From IMG/VR virus record IMGVR_UViG_3300020202_000066, positions 25,960 to 89,959 of that record: a DNA stretch of 64,000 nt; one strand, 5' to 3'. The notes below the pieces were generated by a model that was given only the letters and a program-made list of their open reading frames with translations, did no database searches and was not told the DNA's origin. The stretch is from a virus. Positions 1 to 10,793 of this stretch are shown one piece after another; positions within the stretch are counted from its first letter, which is position 1; each line of letters begins with the position of its first letter. Both the position numbers and the translations under genes were made by a program.

Positions 1-918
1 TGGACCGGGGACGTGCGGCTGGTGAAAGAGCGCTTGGCAGATCCGCTGCGCTGGCGGGAGTCGCGGCGCATCTTCGTGAACAGCATGGCGGATCTGTTCC
101 ACGAGAGGCTCAGCAACCAAGACATTGCCGAGGTCTTTGCGGTGATGGCGCTCGCCAAGCATCACACGTTCCAAGTCCTGACGAAGCGCCCGCAGCGGAT
201 GCTCGACTGGTTCACAAAATGGATATCGTTCGGGGAGACAGACCAGGCGGCGTTCATGCGCCAGCGCAAAACGAAGGGCGGCGTTTGGGATGCCGCACAT
301 TGGAAGGCCATTCCCTGGCCCCTCCCGAACGTCTGGCTTGGCGTCAGCGTCGAGGACCAGCGCGCCGCCGACGAGCGGATCCCGCTGCTGCTGCAGACGC
401 CCGCGGCGGTGCGGTTCCTCAGCATCGAGCCACTGCTTGGGCCGGTTGTTCTGCCGGTCGCTTCGAAGCACCAGTGGCCCGACCAGATCGTCGGGCTCGC
501 CAACGGTGAGGAGCCGGACGACTGGAAGTACTGGGCACAGCGGGACGGCGGCATTCGGTGGGTGATCGTTGGCGGGGAGTCAGGCCCGGGTGCTCGCCCG
601 ATGCACCCCGGCTGGGCGAGATCGCTGCGGGATCAGTGCGCAGCGGGTCAAGTTCCGTTCTTCTTCAAACAGTGGGGAGAGTGGCGGCCGCAGCTGGCGT
701 CTGTCGCCGGAGCTCCCACGCCTCTCTGCACGGCCACCAACTGGGGAACGCTGAAGGACGACGGGCGTTTCATGCCGGGGGTTTCGCCGTGGAATGGCCG
801 ACAGCTGGAGGACTCCAGCGACGAGGCCGAGTGCGTGATGGTCCGCGTCGGCAAGAGCGCGGCCGGCGCACTGCTCGACGGGGTGCGGCATGTGGCGTTC
901 CCGGAGGTGCCAAGATGA
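1..918 (+). CDS. Phage Gp37/Gp68 (DUF5131) family protein, 5' truncated by window
   Basis: Motifs RIFVNSMADLFH, HTFQVLTKRP, NVWLGVSVEDQ, RFLSIEPLLG, WVIVGGESG, VPFFFKQWG. Confidence 0.9.
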   Translation, partial: WTGDVRLVKERLADPLRWRESRRIFVNSMADLFHERLSNQDIAEVFAVMALAKHHTFQVLTKRPQRMLDWFTKWISFGETDQAAFMRQRKTKGGVWDAAHWKAIPWPLPNVWLGVSVEDQRAADERIPLLLQTPAAVRFLSIEPLLGPVVLPVASKHQWPDQIVGLANGEEPDDWKYWAQRDGGIRWVIVGGESGPGARPMHPGWARSLRDQCAAGQVPFFFKQWGEWRPQLASVAGAPTPLCTATNWGTLKDDGRFMPGVSPWNGRQLEDSSDEAECVMVRVGKSAAGALLDGVRHVAFPEVPR

Positions 919-1229
919 TGCGTCTCGACGAACTCTTCGAAGGTGTCCAGCTGGACTTCGGCAGCTGTGGCCAGCGGCGGTTCTTCACCCCTGACGGAGG
1001 GCCCATTTGCCCCATCGCTCACGCGGCGGTGGCAAAGGGATTCAAGCTGCCGAGCGAGAGCTGTCACCGGCGAACGGATCCGGACTTCGGACAGGACCTG
1101 ATCGTTGCTCACTTCGATCTGAAGAACACGGAGGTCAACCGCTTCACGAGGGAATGGGATGGCGACAGCGAGACTCCTCCCACGATTCGATTCGAGCGGG
1201 CTCTCAAGGCGGCGCCCTCGGGGCTGTGA
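915..1229 (+). CDS. Hypothetical phage protein
   Basis: ATGA overlap with upstream stop, GGAGG RBS. Confidence 0.6.
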   Translation: MMRLDELFEGVQLDFGSCGQRRFFTPDGGPICPIAHAAVAKGFKLPSESCHRRTDPDFGQDLIVAHFDLKNTEVNRFTREWDGDSETPPTIRFERALKAAPSGL

Positions 1230-1453
1230 TGAGCGGGCTCCCTGTTTACCGCCACTACAAGGGAGGCATGTACGAGGTGGTCGCGCTCGCGAAGGACTCA
1301 GAGACGCAGGAGATGATGGTCGTGTACCGCTCGCTGAAGGATCAGGGCGTGTGGGTGCGGCCCGCGTCGATGTTCCACGGGATGGTCGAGGTGCCGGAAC
1401 GCCGGATGGTTCCGCGGTTCGAGCGGATCTGGGGCTTCAAAGGAGAGGGATGA
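1229..1453 (+). CDS. DUF1653 domain protein
   Basis: YRHYKGGMYEV..A.DSET.EMMVVYRSL...VWVRPASMF. Confidence 0.85.
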   Translation: MSGLPVYRHYKGGMYEVVALAKDSETQEMMVVYRSLKDQGVWVRPASMFHGMVEVPERRMVPRFERIWGFKGEG

Positions 1454-1743
1454 CGGACCCGCTCTACGAGATCGAGATCCCATCCGGAGATTCCGACCTC
1501 GATCGCGTCGGAGTGCTGGTCGTTTGCTACAGCGAGCGGGCCGACCTGTGGAACCCCGGGCGGCGGTGCTGCATCCGTGCGTGCCAAACGGTCACAACGG
1601 ACGGATACAAATTCTTCATTCGGGCCACTGGGAAGGGCCAACGCTTCTACATGTGCGACCGGCATCGAAAGAACAGGTACATCAGGAATGCGACGATCTC
1701 ACGGTGGGCGGCGTCGCAAGGTATCGAGGTGGAGTTGAAGTGA
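1450..1743 (+). CDS. Hypothetical Cys-rich protein
   Basis: ATGA-coupled ORF with RBS. Confidence 0.55.
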   Translation: MTDPLYEIEIPSGDSDLDRVGVLVVCYSERADLWNPGRRCCIRACQTVTTDGYKFFIRATGKGQRFYMCDRHRKNRYIRNATISRWAASQGIEVELK

Positions 1744-2060
1744 GCGACGCGACGATCGGCTACATCGACAGCGGCCCGGTGCGCCCGATCCGCTATGAGC
1801 TGTTGTATTTCTGGTCGCCAACCTGTCATCCGTGCCGGGAGGTCTCGCTCCACGTCAGCTACCTGGAGCGACAGCTGGCCGGGCGTGTTGACGTCGAGCG
1901 CATCGAGGTGACGACGCAGCCCGACGTGGCGAACCGGTACCAGGTGATGTCCGTGCCCACCGTGCTTCTCCTCCGCGACGGCCGCGTGGTGCGGTCGGCG
2001 GTCGGGGCGCGGACCCTGCAGCAGCTGCGGGAGCTCGTGGAGGAGGGGATGGGGGAGTGA
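1740..2060 (+). CDS. Thioredoxin-family protein
   Basis: FWSPTCHPC active site, VMSVPT cis-Pro motif. Confidence 0.85.
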   Translation: MSDATIGYIDSGPVRPIRYELLYFWSPTCHPCREVSLHVSYLERQLAGRVDVERIEVTTQPDVANRYQVMSVPTVLLLRDGRVVRSAVGARTLQQLRELVEEGMGE

Positions 2061-5000
2061 GGCTCGCCACCGAGGAGGAGATTGCCTACGCGCGCATCTG
2101 CAGTGACCAGATGCTCAAAGACATTCAGGATACGGCCCGTCTGGGAATCAAGCTGGTCGACGTCCTGCGCCAAGCGCTGAGAGATGATCGACTGAAACAC
2201 CTGCCGCACGAGGGCAGGCTGTGGTCTGGATGTGCAGCGTGCCGGGCGATTGCATTGCTGCGTGAGGTGGTCGGATGAGCGACGAGAAAATCCAGCTGTT
2301 CGACCTGGCCTATCTGGATGAATGTAAGCGCGATGCGACACAGCTCGAGGGCTTCGATGCGATCGCGGTCTCGATGCCCCTCTCGTACGCGATGCGGTTC
2401 GAGGCCAACGCCCGGCTGGCCCGGGAACTCGTGTCGCTGGCGAAGGACGCAATCGTCGTGCTCGAGGAGCATATGGTGAGCGACAGCACGCTCGCTGCAC
2501 ATGCCGCTCTGCTGCTGACGGACATCCAGCGGCTGCTTGCGAAGGTGGAAGAACCATGAGCGACCGCAAGCCCTATCTCTGCGCCGAGGCCGAGCCCTGG
2601 CATCCGCCGATAGCCACCCCTGTCTGGCACCCTGACGCCGTACAGGTGCGCGAGTGCGATCACGAGTGCTGCGTCATCTGGCAGTGCCCGTGGTGTCACC
2701 TGGAATTCAGAGAGGAGCTGCCGCAATGAGCGACGAGAGAATCAGCATGCCGACGGCCGACGATCTGAAGCTGGGCGACTTTGCTTTTTCGCGAGTCGCG
2801 TTCAGTGAGAGGTGGGACTGGAAAGCGAGCGTCAGCCTCGCTCGCATGATCTCCGCCGCCCGCCTGTCGGTTGAGCTCGTGCGGCTACTGCGGCTCGCTC
2901 GCGACAACGACTACCACTCAATCGTGGCCATCCAGGCGCGCGCAGCTATTGACGCGCTCCTCGCGCGGGTGGAGGGCTGAGATGGGCGATGGAGCGTGTT
3001 GTCACTACTGCCGCAAGTACGTATGCGAGTGCGAGCGTGCGCCGGAGCCTAAGGCACTGCGCTGGAATGCGCCGGACAGCAAGCGCATCGCGTACCTGGA
3101 CAAGCTCGCCAAGGATTACGCTGCCCAGCTCGACGCCAACACCGCCCGCATCGCCGCGCTCGAGCAGCAGGTGGCGTGCAGTGCGAAAGAGCGAGAGAGG
3201 CTTCAGGTGCTGCTGCGGGAGGGCGTGGCGCTGATGTCCGCCGTCGACTACTGGGGGCCCTCCGTTCCAGACGCCGTCCATGACTGGGAGGTCCGCGCCC
3301 GGCGCGAGCTGGGGGGCGAAGGCGCATGAGCGACGTGCCGGTATGCGCAGAGGGCGGGCACCGCTTTGCTGGCGAGTCCTGGGATGCCCCGTGTGAGTCC
3401 TGCGGTGTCGATCGACACGACGCTTTCGTGAGCGGGTTGCGTCACCGCATCGCCGAGCTTGAGAAGCAAATGACTGAGATGGCCGAAGCCAGGGAGCGCG
3501 CGTCGCTTGCGCTCGAGATGGATCGGATTCTGATCCAGAGGAGATTCACGCTGAAGGAGCGGTACGTGGGTCGCCTACAGGCTGACCTCGCCGCAGCCAA
3601 CGAGGAGCGGAGCAGGCTGCGGGGGTTGCTGCGGAGGGGTCAGAAGCTGACGCAGTGGTCATCCTCCGGGGACATCTTGAGCTGGTCCAACGCCATCGAC
3701 CGCGAGCTGGGGGAGGAGGGGCGATGAGCAGGGACACGCACTTCCTGCTTGGCATCGTGCTGTGCTGCGTCGGCCTGCTCTGCCTGCTCGAGGCGGCCTA
3801 CCCGGACGAGCAGCAGCACCGGGTCGATGCGCTCTACCGGGAGCGGGACGCCCTGCGGGCCTTGCTCCAGGAGGGGGTCCAGGCGGTCCGTACCGGATGC
3901 GATTGCCCGCAGGAGCGCTGCTCGCCGGAGCTGCGAAGGTGGGCCGACGACGCTGTCCGCGAGCTGTGGAGGTAGGGCGATGAGCGAGACGCACCAGATC
4001 AAACAGATCGCCGATCCGCATCCGGGAGGTCAGCAGTGTGGCGCGCGGCCGCTCTATGCAGCCTGTGGCCGATGCGGTCGGACGTGGGCTCTACCGGACC
4101 GTGAGATCCACAACGCCGCGGGTCGGCAGTCGCTCCGGCAGCAGTGGGAGTGGCTGCAGCTGCAGCCGTGTCCGGGCACGTCGGGTCCGCAGGAGAGCGA
4201 CCATCGACGATTGGGTGCGGAGAGCGACAGGGAGGAACGATGAGCGGGGAGAAGATCAGGATGCCGACGGCGGAACAGCTGGAGCACTGGCGCATCATGC
4301 GGCTGACGAGTGGCGGGCCGCTTAAGGGCGCCGAAGTCGTGATGTCCACTGACGAGCATGTTTTGCTCTCGGACCTCGCGCTCCTGGCGGTGGAGCTGGT
4401 GAGGTTGCTGCGCGCGGCGGATCCAGCCACCGCTTACTGGCCATACCCGGGGTCAGATGAGCTTCGCGCGCTCCTCGCGCGGGTGGAGGGGCCATGAGCG
4501 ACAAGTCGGTGATCCAAAAGGTCGTGGAGAGCGCGGCTCAGGTGCATGCCGAGCGAGTCGCGAAGGACCGGCGCATTGCCAAGCTCGAGAAGCAGGTGGA
4601 AGAGCTTCGCAGCGAGCTGACCGTCAGCCGCGCGAAGATTGCGTTCTATCGGCGACGCCTCCAGCTGATCGCTGGGGAGCGGGACCGGCTGAAGCGCGGA
4701 GAGGCGGACCTGCTGGCGGACATCGACCGGATGCAGGCGCACGGGATCCAGCAGCAGGCGATGGTCGTCAGGCTGAGCGAGGAGCGGGGCAGGCTGCGTG
4801 GCCTTCTGCGGGTCGCGGACAGATTCATCAGGCACCGCGGGCCCTGTGACTGGAGCACGTCCAGCGAGTGTCACTGCATGTTCGTTCAGTTGCAGCACAA
4901 CATCCGGTGTGAGTTCGATCCCGAGCCCCACATGGATGCTGACGAGTTGCGCGAGCTGGGAGGGGAGGGGCGATGAGCGACGGCGCGTGCTGTCACGAGT

Positions 5001-5913
5001 GCCGCAGGTACCAGTGCATCTGCGGCGCGCCGGAACAGATCGACACCCGGCGACCGGCCTCTGATCGGGCGGCCGCGGATGGCGTCGGCTCTGGCGGCTC
5101 CCGGCGTCAGCGTCTGCTTGCTCTACTGAGGCGGGCGATCGAGCTGGTTGACCACGAGCCTCACTGTGGCTCGCGCCTCGGTGCGACTTGCCGGTGCCGC
5201 TACGGAGCATGGGCTTTGGACGTCGATCGCGAGTTCGGAGGAAATCCCGGCGAGCGCGCTCTTCACGCAACGACGTGCTGGACTGGAATGCAGTCGGGCG
5301 CGGCGTGCGACTGCGGTGGCTCGGTGATCACTCGGGGAGTGGATAGCCCGGCGGCCGCCAGCATTGTCGGCGAGTTCGGTGAGGTCTTGCGGTCGCACAC
5401 CATCGTTATCTGTCAGAAGTGCTACGACCTTGAGGGCCATATGTGCCACACGCCTGAGTGCGTCTTCTGCCGGCGCTCAATGAGCGAGGTCGCCGCCATC
5501 CTCGACACGCTGCTGATCCGTCCCCTGATCGACGGGGAAAGGCTGAAGCTATGAGCCACGCGCCGAAGCCTCTGCGACTCAAGATGGTCGGACGTTGGGC
5601 TGAACAGTGGGTGTCGGTCGCCAAGGCGCTGCCGCCGCCAGGGTTGCTAGTTCTGGTGATGATCCGTGGTGATGACTTCCCGGCTCTCGGGCACCTCAAG
5701 TACGGAGCGGGCGATCCGCTGTCGCCCTACTTCGTGTGTCCGCAGATTGGCGCTATGGCGCCGCGCGGTTTGAAGCACCCCGAGTGGGACGACATCACGC
5801 ACTGGTACGCGATGGAGAATATGCCTCCTTGGATCTCAGGGACGGGCTGGCGTCCGCCGGGCCACGCATCCTCCGAGTGGGGATTGGGCGGGCGCGGGTG
5901 GGTGAAGAGATGA
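2057..5913 (+). other. Array of ~12 small, mostly translationally coupled ORFs (2057-2278, 2275-2559, 2556-2729, 2726-2980, 2982-3329, 3326-3727, 3724-3975, 3980-4243, 4240-4497, 4494-4976, 4973-5554, 5551-5913) sharing modules
   Basis: ATGA/GTGA overlaps; shared MS.E.I.MPTA, DGACCH.CR, EER.RLRGLLR, RELG.EG and LLARVEG segments. Confidence 0.7.
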
Positions 5914-6308
5914 TCCCGGTGAATCCCTTGACGCCCGAGGAGCCTGACGTGGCTGTCTCGTGCGCCGACATCCTGTCGGCCATTCGCCGGTGGCGATACC
6001 GGCCGGCCGGCGAGGCTGAGCTGCAGGAGGCTATCGGCCAGGCGCTCGCGGCGGCCTGCATCGCGTTCGAGCGCGAGGTCCCACTCTCCGCGGCAGACCG
6101 CATCGACTTCCTGGTGGGCAGCATCGGGCTCGAGCTCAAGGTGGACGGCGGCCCCGCGGCCGTCATGCGTCAGCTGCAGCGCTATGCCCTCAGCGAGCGA
6201 ATCTCCGAGTTGGTGCTGGTGACCACGCGGAGCCAGATGGCGCGCGTACCTTCATCCCTGGCGGGCAAGGGTATTCACGTGGTGGTGCTTCGAGTGGGGT
6301 TGCAATGA
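5910..6308 (+). CDS. PD-(D/E)XK-like nuclease
   Basis: E..LQ...FEREV...RIDFLV..IGLELK..Q..RY; coupled to the helicase gene. Confidence 0.65.
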   Translation: MIPVNPLTPEEPDVAVSCADILSAIRRWRYRPAGEAELQEAIGQALAAACIAFEREVPLSAADRIDFLVGSIGLELKVDGGPAAVMRQLQRYALSERISELVLVTTRSQMARVPSSLAGKGIHVVVLRVGLQ

Positions 6309-8023
6309 GACCGGTCGGAAGCGTGGTGCTGGACCCGGAGAAGCGCGCGTGGCGGATCGAGTGCGAGCCACACGTGATGCTCCGGTTGAAGCGCGTGTTC
6401 GCGAAGGTCAACCGCGGGAGTTACAGCACGGTGGATCTCGCGGACACGACCGAGAACGCGCGGGAGCTGCTGTGGTTCCTCGATCGGTACCCGATGACGA
6501 TCCTACCGAAGGGCTACCTGAAGGATAGAGCGGAGCAGCACATCGCCAAGCAGGCCCAGATCGCGGAGGTCTTGGCGCCGACGTACGTGCCGCGTTCGTT
6601 CGAGCTGGCGATCCCTCCTCGCGAATATCAGCGGCTCGCGGCGGACGTCGTGCTCAAGACCGGCGTGCTTCTCTTGGCGGACGATGTTGGGCTGGGAAAG
6701 ACTGTGTCGTCCATCACGATGATCTCCGATCCCCGGGCTCGGCCAGCGCTCGTAGTCACGCTGACCCATCTCCCTCGACAGTGGAAGGCGGAACTCGCCC
6801 GGTTCGCGCCCAACCTGCTGGTTCACATTCTGCGCAGTGGGAAGCCGTACGAACTCGAGCGGAAGCGCGCGTGTCGAGGCCGGACACCAGACGTGATCAT
6901 CACGAACTACCACAAGCTGGCCGGCTGGGCCGAGACGCTCGCCGGGCGAGTGAAGTCTGTCACGTTCGACGAGGCACAGGAGCTCCGCCACTCGGACACC
7001 GCCCGCTACGGCGCAGCGAAGCACCTTGCCGCGAAAGCGGCGTACGTCCTCGGCCTCACGGCCACGCCCATCTACAACTACGGCGGCGAGATCTACAACA
7101 TCCTCTCGTGCCTGCGGGAAGACTGCCTCGGGACGCCGGAGGAGTTCGGCCGCGAGTGGACCGGCGGCGCCATCTACGACAGCACCGCCAAGGTGATCGT
7201 GAAGGACCCTCGGAGTCTCGGTGCCTACCTCCGCACGTCCGGCCTGATGCTCCGTCGAACCCGTGCTGAGGTCGGCCGCGAGATTCCTCCGATCCAGACG
7301 GTGGTCCACGAGATCGATGCGGATCCCGACGCTCTCGACAAGGTCGCCGGTAACGCCGCCGAGCTCGCGCGGATCATCCTGGACCAGGGTGGCCAGAAGG
7401 GCTTCGTCAAGATGCAGGCCTCGGAGCAGCTCAGCTACCTGCTCCGACAGGCAACGGGCATCGCCAAGGCACCCTACGTCGCGGACTTCGTTCGCCTGCT
7501 CGTCGAGAGCGGCGAGCAGGTCGTGCTCTACGGCTGGCACCGAGAGGTCTACGCACTGTGGAGGGAGCGGCTCGCCGACCTGAAACCGGCGATGTACACC
7601 GGCTCGGAAACCACGTCCCAGAAGGAGGCAGCGAAGGCTGCGTTCCTCTCCGGGGAGGCGCGAGTGTTGCTGATCTCGCTCCGCGCTGGAGCCGGCCTTG
7701 ACGGGCTGCAGCGCAAGTGCCGCATCGTCGTCTTCGGGGAGCTGGATTGGAGCCCCGGGGTGCTTGAGCAGTGCATCGGGCGGGTCGCGCGTGACGGTCA
7801 GGAGGGGCAGGTTCTTGCGTACTACTTGGTCGCAGATTCGGGCTCCGATCCCGTCGTGTCCGACGTTCTCGGGCTGAAGAGCTCACAGTCTCATGCGATC
7901 CGCGATCCGGATGCCAAGCTGATTGAAGCCCAGACGGTCGATCCGGATCGTGTGAAGCGCCTGGCTCAGGCGTATCTCGAGCAGATCTCGAAGGCATCCG
8001 GCATGGAGGTGGATAGGTCGTGA
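6305..8023 (+). CDS. SNF2-family helicase/ATPase
   Basis: LLADDVGLGKT, DEAQ, LTATP, GLDGLQ, QCIGRVARDGQ. Confidence 0.92.
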   Translation: MRPVGSVVLDPEKRAWRIECEPHVMLRLKRVFAKVNRGSYSTVDLADTTENARELLWFLDRYPMTILPKGYLKDRAEQHIAKQAQIAEVLAPTYVPRSFELAIPPREYQRLAADVVLKTGVLLLADDVGLGKTVSSITMISDPRARPALVVTLTHLPRQWKAELARFAPNLLVHILRSGKPYELERKRACRGRTPDVIITNYHKLAGWAETLAGRVKSVTFDEAQELRHSDTARYGAAKHLAAKAAYVLGLTATPIYNYGGEIYNILSCLREDCLGTPEEFGREWTGGAIYDSTAKVIVKDPRSLGAYLRTSGLMLRRTRAEVGREIPPIQTVVHEIDADPDALDKVAGNAAELARIILDQGGQKGFVKMQASEQLSYLLRQATGIAKAPYVADFVRLLVESGEQVVLYGWHREVYALWRERLADLKPAMYTGSETTSQKEAAKAAFLSGEARVLLISLRAGAGLDGLQRKCRIVVFGELDWSPGVLEQCIGRVARDGQEGQVLAYYLVADSGSDPVVSDVLGLKSSQSHAIRDPDAKLIEAQTVDPDRVKRLAQAYLEQISKASGMEVDRS

Positions 8024-8319
8024 CGTCTCAGGTAGCGGTGACCCAAGACGAAGGCTGCGCTCTTCCAGGTCATCTGACCCTGGAGCAGGCCATCGCGTAC
8101 ATCGGGTGCTCGAAGACCTGGTTCTTTGCCAACGCCCGTAAGCATCTTCCGATCGTCCGACTCCACCGGGTGTTCTACCTCCGCTCCGATCTGGACGCGT
8201 TCATCGCGGCCCAGCGCAAGGAGCCGACGGTGGTCCCGATCAAGACCGGCCGCTCCCGGCGGGCCAGACGTCACGCAGACGCGAGTTGGCAGGACCTCGC
8301 GAAGAAGCACCGGCTGTAG
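8020..8319 (+). CDS. Excisionase-like HTH protein
   Basis: LT.EQA..YIGCS HTH and Y.RSDLDAFI motif, directly upstream of the integrase. Confidence 0.7.
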   Translation: MTSQVAVTQDEGCALPGHLTLEQAIAYIGCSKTWFFANARKHLPIVRLHRVFYLRSDLDAFIAAQRKEPTVVPIKTGRSRRARRHADASWQDLAKKHRL

Positions 8320-8364
8320 CAGGGAGCCGCTCACCGGCGAGGTGACGGAGATCGGAGTGGACAC

Positions 8365-9618
8365 GTGGGCGAGAAGTGGAAGAAGCAGCCGTACCGCATC
8401 ACAGCGCGGGGCGAGTCCTGGGAAGTGAGCCTCTACGTAGACGGACACCGGGAGCGGAAGTCCTTCAGATGGGAGACTCCCAACGACCCGGTTGCGCGTA
8501 AGAAGGCCGAGGAGTGGGCGATTTCCTTCAAGGCCGACGCCTTCCGCGGACTCATCGGCGCCAAGAAGAAGCATCCACCGCTGCCGTTCCGGGGGCTGGC
8601 GGCGCTCTTCCTCGACGACCTGGAGTCCTCCACGAAGAACGCGAAGGGGGCGGAGAGTAGGTCTCGTCGGACCTACGTCTACTACCGCGACCGGCTCGCC
8701 CTGTACATCAGCCCGGAGCTCGGGGACATCGAGGCTCGCGAGGTGCGACGGGCTGACATCCGCCGCTACTTGAAGAAGATGAGTGACGCTGGCCTCGGGC
8801 AGGACGAGCTGAACAAGCACGTCCAGATCATCAAGCGGGTGTTCAACTGGGGGATCGAGCAGGAGAAGGTCGACGCCAACCCGGCGGCCCTACTCAAGAA
8901 GGAGAAGGCTCCCCGCAAGGTGCCGATCCGGTTCTACACGCTGGCGGAGCAGGCGGTGATCCTCGAGAAGTTGAAGGGGCCCGCGTACGGGCTGATGCTG
9001 GTGGCCTTCAAGGCCGGACTCCGGCGGCGCGAGCTGATGGGGATGCAGCTCTCCTGGATCCACTGGGACGCGAACCTCATCGAAGTGCCCTTCACGCAGC
9101 AGTTTCGGGACAAGAGCAAGGAGGGCCGGTTCGTCCCGCTGGACCCAGCCATCCGCGACTGGCTGGAGACACTCGGGCGGAAGGCCGGCCCGGTGTTCTT
9201 GACCCGGCGCTCCTACAAGTCATCGAAGGGCTTGGTCCGTCCGCTCCGCGATCCGCGGAAGCTGCTCGCTGAGATCGAGCGAGCCGTCGGCTTCCACGTG
9301 AAGCTTCACGACTGCCGGCATAGCTTCGCGTCGGTGCTCTTGGGCCAAGGGGTTGACATGCGCGATGTGCAGATAGTCCTCGGCCACGCGAGCATCACGA
9401 CCACAGAGATCTACAGCCACCACGAGCCCGAGTATCTGGAACCGGTTCGGAAGGCGATGGAGGCCGCTCGGCAGAAGGTGGCCAACCGCCACAAAACCGC
9501 CACAAGCGGGGAGGGGCCGCCGGAAGCGGCAACGGGATCAGCGGTCCAGAAGCCAGACCAGGAGCGAGAAGGAGAGGAGCGCCCTCGACTGGGATCGAAC
9601 CAGCGACCCACGGATTAG
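8365..9618 (+). CDS. int: Tyrosine integrase
   Basis: GLRRRE, K, LHDCRHS, LGHASITTTEIY catalytic residues. Confidence 0.92.
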   Translation: MGEKWKKQPYRITARGESWEVSLYVDGHRERKSFRWETPNDPVARKKAEEWAISFKADAFRGLIGAKKKHPPLPFRGLAALFLDDLESSTKNAKGAESRSRRTYVYYRDRLALYISPELGDIEAREVRRADIRRYLKKMSDAGLGQDELNKHVQIIKRVFNWGIEQEKVDANPAALLKKEKAPRKVPIRFYTLAEQAVILEKLKGPAYGLMLVAFKAGLRRRELMGMQLSWIHWDANLIEVPFTQQFRDKSKEGRFVPLDPAIRDWLETLGRKAGPVFLTRRSYKSSKGLVRPLRDPRKLLAEIERAVGFHVKLHDCRHSFASVLLGQGVDMRDVQIVLGHASITTTEIYSHHEPEYLEPVRKAMEAARQKVANRHKTATSGEGPPEAATGSAVQKPDQEREGEERPRLGSNQRPTD

Positions 9619-9748
9619 AAGTCCGTGAATAAGCTATGTCATTCTGGCTCGATGCTGATCTGGAGCGGCCTCGCCGGTGTCAATCTGTCGCAATCGGTCC
9701 CGATCTCTCCGCTTGAAGGCTGGGCAACCGCCACAAAACCGCCACGAG
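9481..9748. mobile_element. attP: core = 3' half of tRNA-Arg(UCU) on minus strand (~9579-9627), flanked by arm-type repeats
   Basis: Minus strand reads cacggacTTCTAAtccgtgggtcgctggttcgatcccagtcgagggcgc with no D-arm; caaccgccacaaaaccgccac occurs at ~9483 and ~9725. Confidence 0.85.
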
Positions 9749-9778
9749 CGCCTCCGCTGACTGGTGGTCTTTTTACAT

Positions 9779-10543
9779 TCACAAGTCAGGGCGGCGAGGG
9801 CCGGGCCGTCTGCCTGCGCCGCGCACCGGCCGGCGCGGACCGGTCTGCTGGCGGCCGCGGCCGCTGGTATTGGCCCGCGGCGGCAGCCCGAGAGACCGCA
9901 TCCGGCCGCGCACCGATCGTTCCGATCGACGCAGGCGCGCCCCTATTTCCCTCAGAGTGAGGGACTTGTCCCGGAGCATGGCATCTTCCTCCCGCGTCCA
10001 CGTCCTCCGCCCAGTCCCGACGTGAGGGTCACGCGCTCGCCGTGCGCGCGCGTACTGCGTGCTCGAGTGCGGATGACGCCGGCGCCACGCAGCGTTGCTC
10101 CACCGGCTCTGACACGGACGACACGATTTGAGTCCCCGGGCTGGCCGGCGGCGGCCGCACACCGGACAGAGGCCGGCGGCTGTCCTCTCGGCCCTCCGCC
10201 GATCGAGGGCCTCTCGCGCGCGCTGGCGCGACTCGTCCGGGGGGAGCGCCTGGCGGAGTCGGATTATCCCAAGCAGGTGGGCACGCATGGCGCATGCTTG
10301 TTCGCTCCGGCCGATCGTCTCGGCCACCTGCGCAAGCGTCAAGCGCGTGTCCGCCAGCGTGCGGTCCTCCGCCGCGGACCACGGACGCGGCGGCGGTCGT
10401 AGGAGCGGCAGGCCGAGCTTGTAGCGTCGCTGGATGCAGGCGACGCGGCTGCGCCCGATCCGAGCAGCCAGCGCGTTGATGTCGCGCGCGCGCCTGAGCG
10501 CGGCGTCCTCCGTTGCGGTCCATGGTCTACTCGATGATGTCAT
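9779..10543 (-). CDS. Repeat HTH/Myb-like DNA-binding protein with Zn-finger
   Basis: Three W[TS]..ED..L...A..IGRS repeats; CPVC..C..C. Confidence 0.6.
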   Translation of the reverse strand: MTSSSRPWTATEDAALRRARDINALAARIGRSRVACIQRRYKLGLPLLRPPPRPWSAAEDRTLADTRLTLAQVAETIGRSEQACAMRAHLLGIIRLRQALPPDESRQRAREALDRRRAERTAAGLCPVCGRRRPARGLKSCRPCQSRWSNAAWRRRHPHSSTQYARARRARDPHVGTGRRTWTREEDAMLRDKSLTLREIGARLRRSERSVRGRMRSLGLPPRANTSGRGRQQTGPRRPVRGAGRRPGPRRPDL

Positions 10544-10793
10544 TCCCTCACTCCGACCTTCGCCGGGCTGCGTGCCCCGCCGCCCCCCCCATCATCTTCG
10601 CGGGGTGCGCGCCCGCGGCCACCCCCGAGCCAAGGAGGACCGCATGCCCGGCGACACCCGCGCCCTCCGCGGGGTCGCCCGCCTCACCGGGAAGGACCCC
10701 GCCGCGCTGCTGCCCGCGCTCGTGCGGAACGGGCTGCTGAGGCAGGCGAGGGGCCGGTTTGGACGTATCGGGAGCGAGCCGGGCGCGCCGGGC

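Noticed and set aside
2556-2729. Possible frameshifted pseudogene
   Set aside because: On re-reading it is an intact 57-aa ORF, below the ORF-track length cutoff
9579-9627. Functional tRNA-Arg gene
   Set aside because: The 5' acceptor strand and D-arm are absent; it is an att core
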